Shown here in pieces: positions 50,905 through 64,000 of a stretch of DNA of 64,000 nt; positions within the stretch are counted from its first letter, which is position 1; each line of letters opens with the position of its first letter. The stretch is from an uncultured Planctomycetota bacterium. Its GTDB lineage: Bacteria > Planctomycetota > Planctomycetia > Isosphaerales > Isosphaeraceae. The notes under the pieces are model-generated. The model had not been told where the DNA came from and did not search any database. It saw only the letters and a program-made list of their open reading frames with translations. A program made the position numbers and the translations under genes. The stretch spans positions 1 through 64,000 of the forward strand of contig CAWJTV010000039.1 of assembly GCA_963845755.1 (NCBI GenBank). The letters run 5' to 3'.

Positions 50905-53900
50905 GTGAGCTCGACATCGACGCGCTGTCGCCGGCCAAGCGGGCCCTCTACGAACTGAAGGCCAGGCGCGCCCGGGACGTAGCCTCCGGGGACGGCGCCG
51001 AGCCGATCGCGATCGTCGGCGTGGGCCTGCGCTTTCCGGGGGGCGCCGGCGACGTTGCGTCCTACTGGGACCTCCTCGCCCGCGGCATCGACGCCGTCCG
51101 CCCGATCCCGCCCGATCGGTGGGATCGCGATGGCTACTACAGCCCCGACCCCGATTCGCCGGGTCGGATGTACACACGAGACGGCGCGTTCCTCGACGCG
51201 GTCGACGGGTTCGATGCGCCCTTTTTCGGTGTCTCCCCGCGCGAGTCGGAATCCATGGACCCGCAGCAACGGCTGCTGCTCGAGGTCGCCTGGGAGGCGC
51301 TCGAGGACGCCGGGCAGGACCCGCGGAAGCTCGCCGGGACGCCCGGGGGCGTGTTCCTGGGGCTGAGCAACTGCGATTACGCGAGGCTCGTCTACCGCGA
51401 CGCCGAGGCCGTCGGCCCGTATGCGAGCACCGGCACGAACTACAGCGTCGCCGCCGGACGACTCTCGTTCACTCTCGGCTTGACGGGGCCGAGCCTGGTC
51501 GTGGACACCGCCTGCTCGGGGTCGCTCGTCGCAGTGCACCTCGCCTGCGGGAGCCTGCGTGAGGGCCACTGCCGGCTCGCGATGGCCGGGGGCGTGAACC
51601 TGATCCTCGCGCCGGAGATCCACATCAACTTCTGCAAGGCGCGGATGCTCTCCGCCGACGGCCGGTGCAAGGCGTTCGACGAGCGGGCCGACGGCTACGG
51701 GCGCGGCGAGGGCTGCGGCATCGTCGTGCTCAAGCGGCTCTCGGACGCGACGGCCGACGGCGACCGGATCCTGGCCCTGATCCGCGGCTCGGCGGTCAAC
51801 CAGGACGGCCGGTCCAGCGGCCTGACCGTCCCCAACGGACCGGCCCAGCAGGCCGTCATCCGCCAGACCCTCCGACTGGCCCGGCTCGAACCCGGTGATA
51901 TCGACTTCATCGAAGCCCATGGCACCGGCACATCGCTGGGGGACCCGATCGAGGCCCACGCCCTGGCCGCCGTTTTCGGGCCCCGCCGCTCCCGTCCCCT
52001 GGTCGTCGGGTCGGTCAAGACCAACCTCGGCCACCTCGAGGCGGCGGCCGGCGTCGCCGGACTGATCAAGGTCGTCTTGTCGCTTCAGAACCAGTTCATC
52101 CCCCGGCATCTCCACTTCGGCGCGATGAACCCGCACATCGACTGGGCGGGCACGCCCGTCGAGATCCCCGTCGAGGGCATGGCCTGGCCCCGGGGCGACC
52201 GGCCGCGCCGCGCCGGGGTCAGCTCGTTCGGTTTCAGCGGCACCAACGCCCACGTCATCCTCGAAGAGGCGCCCCCGACGCCCGAGGCGGCCGGCAACTC
52301 CCGCGACCTGCACCTGCTGGCCATCTCGGCCCGGACCCCGGAGGCCCTCGACGAGCTGACCCGTCGCTACGCCGAGCGAGACCTGGCCGTGGGGCTCGGC
52401 GATCTCTGCTATACCGCCGCCGTTGGTCGCGCCGACTTCGCCGAGCGTGCCGTCTACCTGGCACGCGGCGGCGGCGAGCTGCGGGCGAATTTGGAGAAGC
52501 GGCACGCAGTGGCCCGCGGTCGCACCGGCGGGACCCCGAAAGTCGTCTTCATGTTCACGGGCCAGGGCGCCCAGTATCCCCGGATGGGCCACCAGCTTTA
52601 CGAGACCGAGCCCGTCTTTCGCGCGGTCATTGACGAGTGCGGCGCGGACGAAGTGCTGTACGGTGCGGCGACGGGCCATCTCAACCAGACCCGGTACACT
52701 CAGCCGGCGCTGTTCGCCCTGCAGTGCGGCCTGGCGGCGCTGTGGAAAAGCTGGGGTGTGGAGCCGGCGGCAGTTCTCGGCCACAGCGCCGGCGAGCTGG
52801 CCGCCGCCTGCGCCGCCGGCATCCTCTCGCTGACCGACGGGCTACGCCTGGTCGCCGCCCGGGGTCGGCTCACCGGGGGTCTGCCCGAGGGAGAGGGGGC
52901 GATGTCCGCGATCCTGGCCCCCGCAGAGGAGGTCCGCCTCGCTCTCGCTGGCTTCGCCGGATCAGTCGGCATCGCGGCCTTCAACGGCCCCGAGAATGTC
53001 GTGATCTCCGGTCGGGTCCGCGACCACGATCGGATCGCCGAGCGATTCGCACAGCGGGGATATCGGGTGGAGCGGCTGTCGGTCTCGCACGCCTTCCACT
53101 CGCCGCTGATGGAGGTGGCCAGCCGGGCGTTCGTCGACGAGGTCAGGGGGGTTGCCTTCGGCCCGCCCCACGTCTCGTTCATCTCCACGGTACTGGGGCG
53201 GGAAGCACGCCCGGAGGAGATCGGGCAGCCCGATTACTGGCGTCGCCAGGTGCGTGATAGCGTCCTCTTCCAGCGCGCGATGGAGGCCCTGGAGGACTGC
53301 AATGTCTTCGTGGAGATCGGGCCCGGCTCGACGCTGTTGGGTATGGGGCGGGAGCTGATCGGCCGCGACTCCCGATTGTGGGTCGCGTCCCTCCGCCGCT
53401 CCCGCCCGGACGCCGAGCAAATGGCCGAGGGCCTGGCGGAACTCTACGTGCGGGGCGTCGAGGTGGACTGGGCCGGCTATCACCGGGGCCGCGGCGGCCG
53501 GCTCACCTCCGCGCCGACCTATCCGTTCCAGCGGCAGCGATACTGGTTCGGGGCGGGGCCCGAGGGGCCGTCGCCTGAGGCGATCTGGGACGCGGCCTGC
53601 GAGGCCGGCCGCCACCAGGCCGGCCGGAGCCGCCTCGATCTGGACCTCGCCACCTACGGGCGCTCGTTGGCAGGAACTTGATCAGCTCAGCGGCGCCTAC
53701 ATTCGAGCCGCCCTCCACGACCTGGGGGCCTATCGGGTCGCCGGCGAATCCCATACGGTCCAGGGCCTACTCGCCGGCTGGGGGATCCAGGGGACCTATG
53801 CCCGGTTGATCCGGCGCTGGCTCGACCGGCTCGCCTCGGAAGGCGCCGTCCAACGGGTCGGAGAATCGTTCGTCGCGCGCCATCCTCTCGAGCGGCCCGA

Positions 53901-55158
53901 TATCGCCCCGCACCTCGAGCTGGCGGCCGCGGTCTTCGGTGCCGATCGGATCTTCCTCGACTACGTCGTCGCCTGCGCGTCGCAGCTCGTCCCCGTCCTC
54001 ACGGGGGCCGTGAGCCCGCTCGAGACGCTCTTCCCCGGCGGAGACTTCTCGCGCTCCGAGGGTCTGTACCAGCACTCCCCGCTATCCGCCTACTTCGCGT
54101 CGATCGCCCGGGCGGCGCTAGAGGGAATCGTCCGGGGGCGTCGCTCACCGCTCCGCGTGCTCGAGATCGGAGCCGGGATCGGCGCGACCACGTCGGCGTT
54201 GCTGCCTGCGCTGTCGGGCACGTCCTCCGAATACGTCTTCACCGATGTCTCCGAGATCTTCCTCCGGCATGCCGAGACGAAGTTTTCCTCCTGCCCCTTC
54301 CTGAGCACGCGGCTCCTGGATATCGAAGAGCCCGACGCGGCGGCGGGCGGCTTCGACGTCGCGGTCGCCACCAACGTGCTGCACGCCACACGCGACCTCG
54401 ACCGCACGCTGGAAAACGTCCGGAAGCTGCTCGCCCCAGGCGGATACCTGATCCTCTGCGAGGCGACGACGTATCTACCGTGGTTCGATATCACGACCGG
54501 CCTGATCGGGGGCTGGCAGCGGTTCGAGGACGACTGGCGGCGCGATCATCCGCTCGTCTGCGCCGGGGACTGGCTGCGGGCGGCTCGAGGCGGCGGGTTT
54601 CGAGCGATCACTCTGCCTGCCCGAGCCGGAATCGCCCGCCTCGATCCTGGGCCAGCACGTGATCCTGGCGCGGAACGAGGGCACCGGCTCGGCGAGCCGA
54701 CTCGCCGCGGAGCCCGCGCGGCCGACCGAGTGCGACGGCTCGCTCGACGATTCGATGCTCGTCGCCCTGGGCGCGGCCACCGGTTCCGAACGTCGCGAGC
54801 AGCTCATCAATCTCATACGCCGGGAGTTCGCGGTTGTCCTCGGCGTCGCCGATCCCGAGATGCTCGACCGGCGCTCCCGCCTCATCGACCTGGGAATCGA
54901 TTCGTTGATGGCCATCCAGGTTCGAGCACGCCTCGGCAGGGCGCTGCGCCAGGATCGCCCGCTCCCGGCCACGCTGGTGTTCGACCACCCGACGATCGAG
55001 GCATTGTCCCGGTTCCTCGAGACGGAGATCCTCGGGTTCAAGGAGGCTCCGGTCGTCCCGGCGGAGGCCTCCCCGCTCGCGCAACAGGTCGCGGACATGT
55101 CCGAGGCCGAAGCCGAGGCGCTCCTGCTCGAACGAATCGAATCTTCGCGGATAATTTC

Positions 55159-55162
<4 letters not shown>
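50901..55162 (+). CDS. Type I PKS: KS-AT(malonyl)-C-methyltransferase-ACP, no KR; frameshifted
   Basis: DTACSGS, GHSAGE, HAFH, VLEIGAGIGATT, ATNVLHAT, GIDSL, docking tail MSEAEAEALLLERI. Confidence 0.88.

Positions 55163-64000
<8,838 letters not shown>

Overview
GC-rich bacterial window, very probably a planctomycete (Isosphaeraceae/Gemmataceae-like, judged from DUF4058, ECF-sigma/Ser-Thr-kinase pairing, PEP-CTERM genes and LExRxLL-leader surface proteins). Most long genes carry several single-base frameshifts that look like long-read errors, so gene models were stitched across frames. Left half (1-23.3 kb): a cell-surface locus with an ECF sigma factor, a zinc-finger anti-sigma/Ser-Thr kinase/WD40 membrane protein, PEP-CTERM genes, a TIGR03032-like gene and tandem giant Gly-rich/LamG/PKD surface proteins, plus relics. 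The best new signal is a ~200-bp non-coding cassette present three times. Each copy holds two back-to-back copies of the motif CGCCCTTAGA-N14-CTTGTAATC, which point at the sigma gene (apparently leaderless), the PEP-CTERM genes and the TIGR03032/surface-protein operon: a candidate self-contained ECF regulon. A 3' half tRNA-Gln at 23.33 kb looks like an att site. Right half: a degraded ISKra4 element and a >37-kb hybrid cis-AT PKS/NRPS cluster that runs off the window. It has an NRPS(Gly)-PKS-NRPS(Gly)-TE block, an atypical Cys-type TE with no obvious His, an internally deleted peptide exporter, a type II TE and five further PKS genes.
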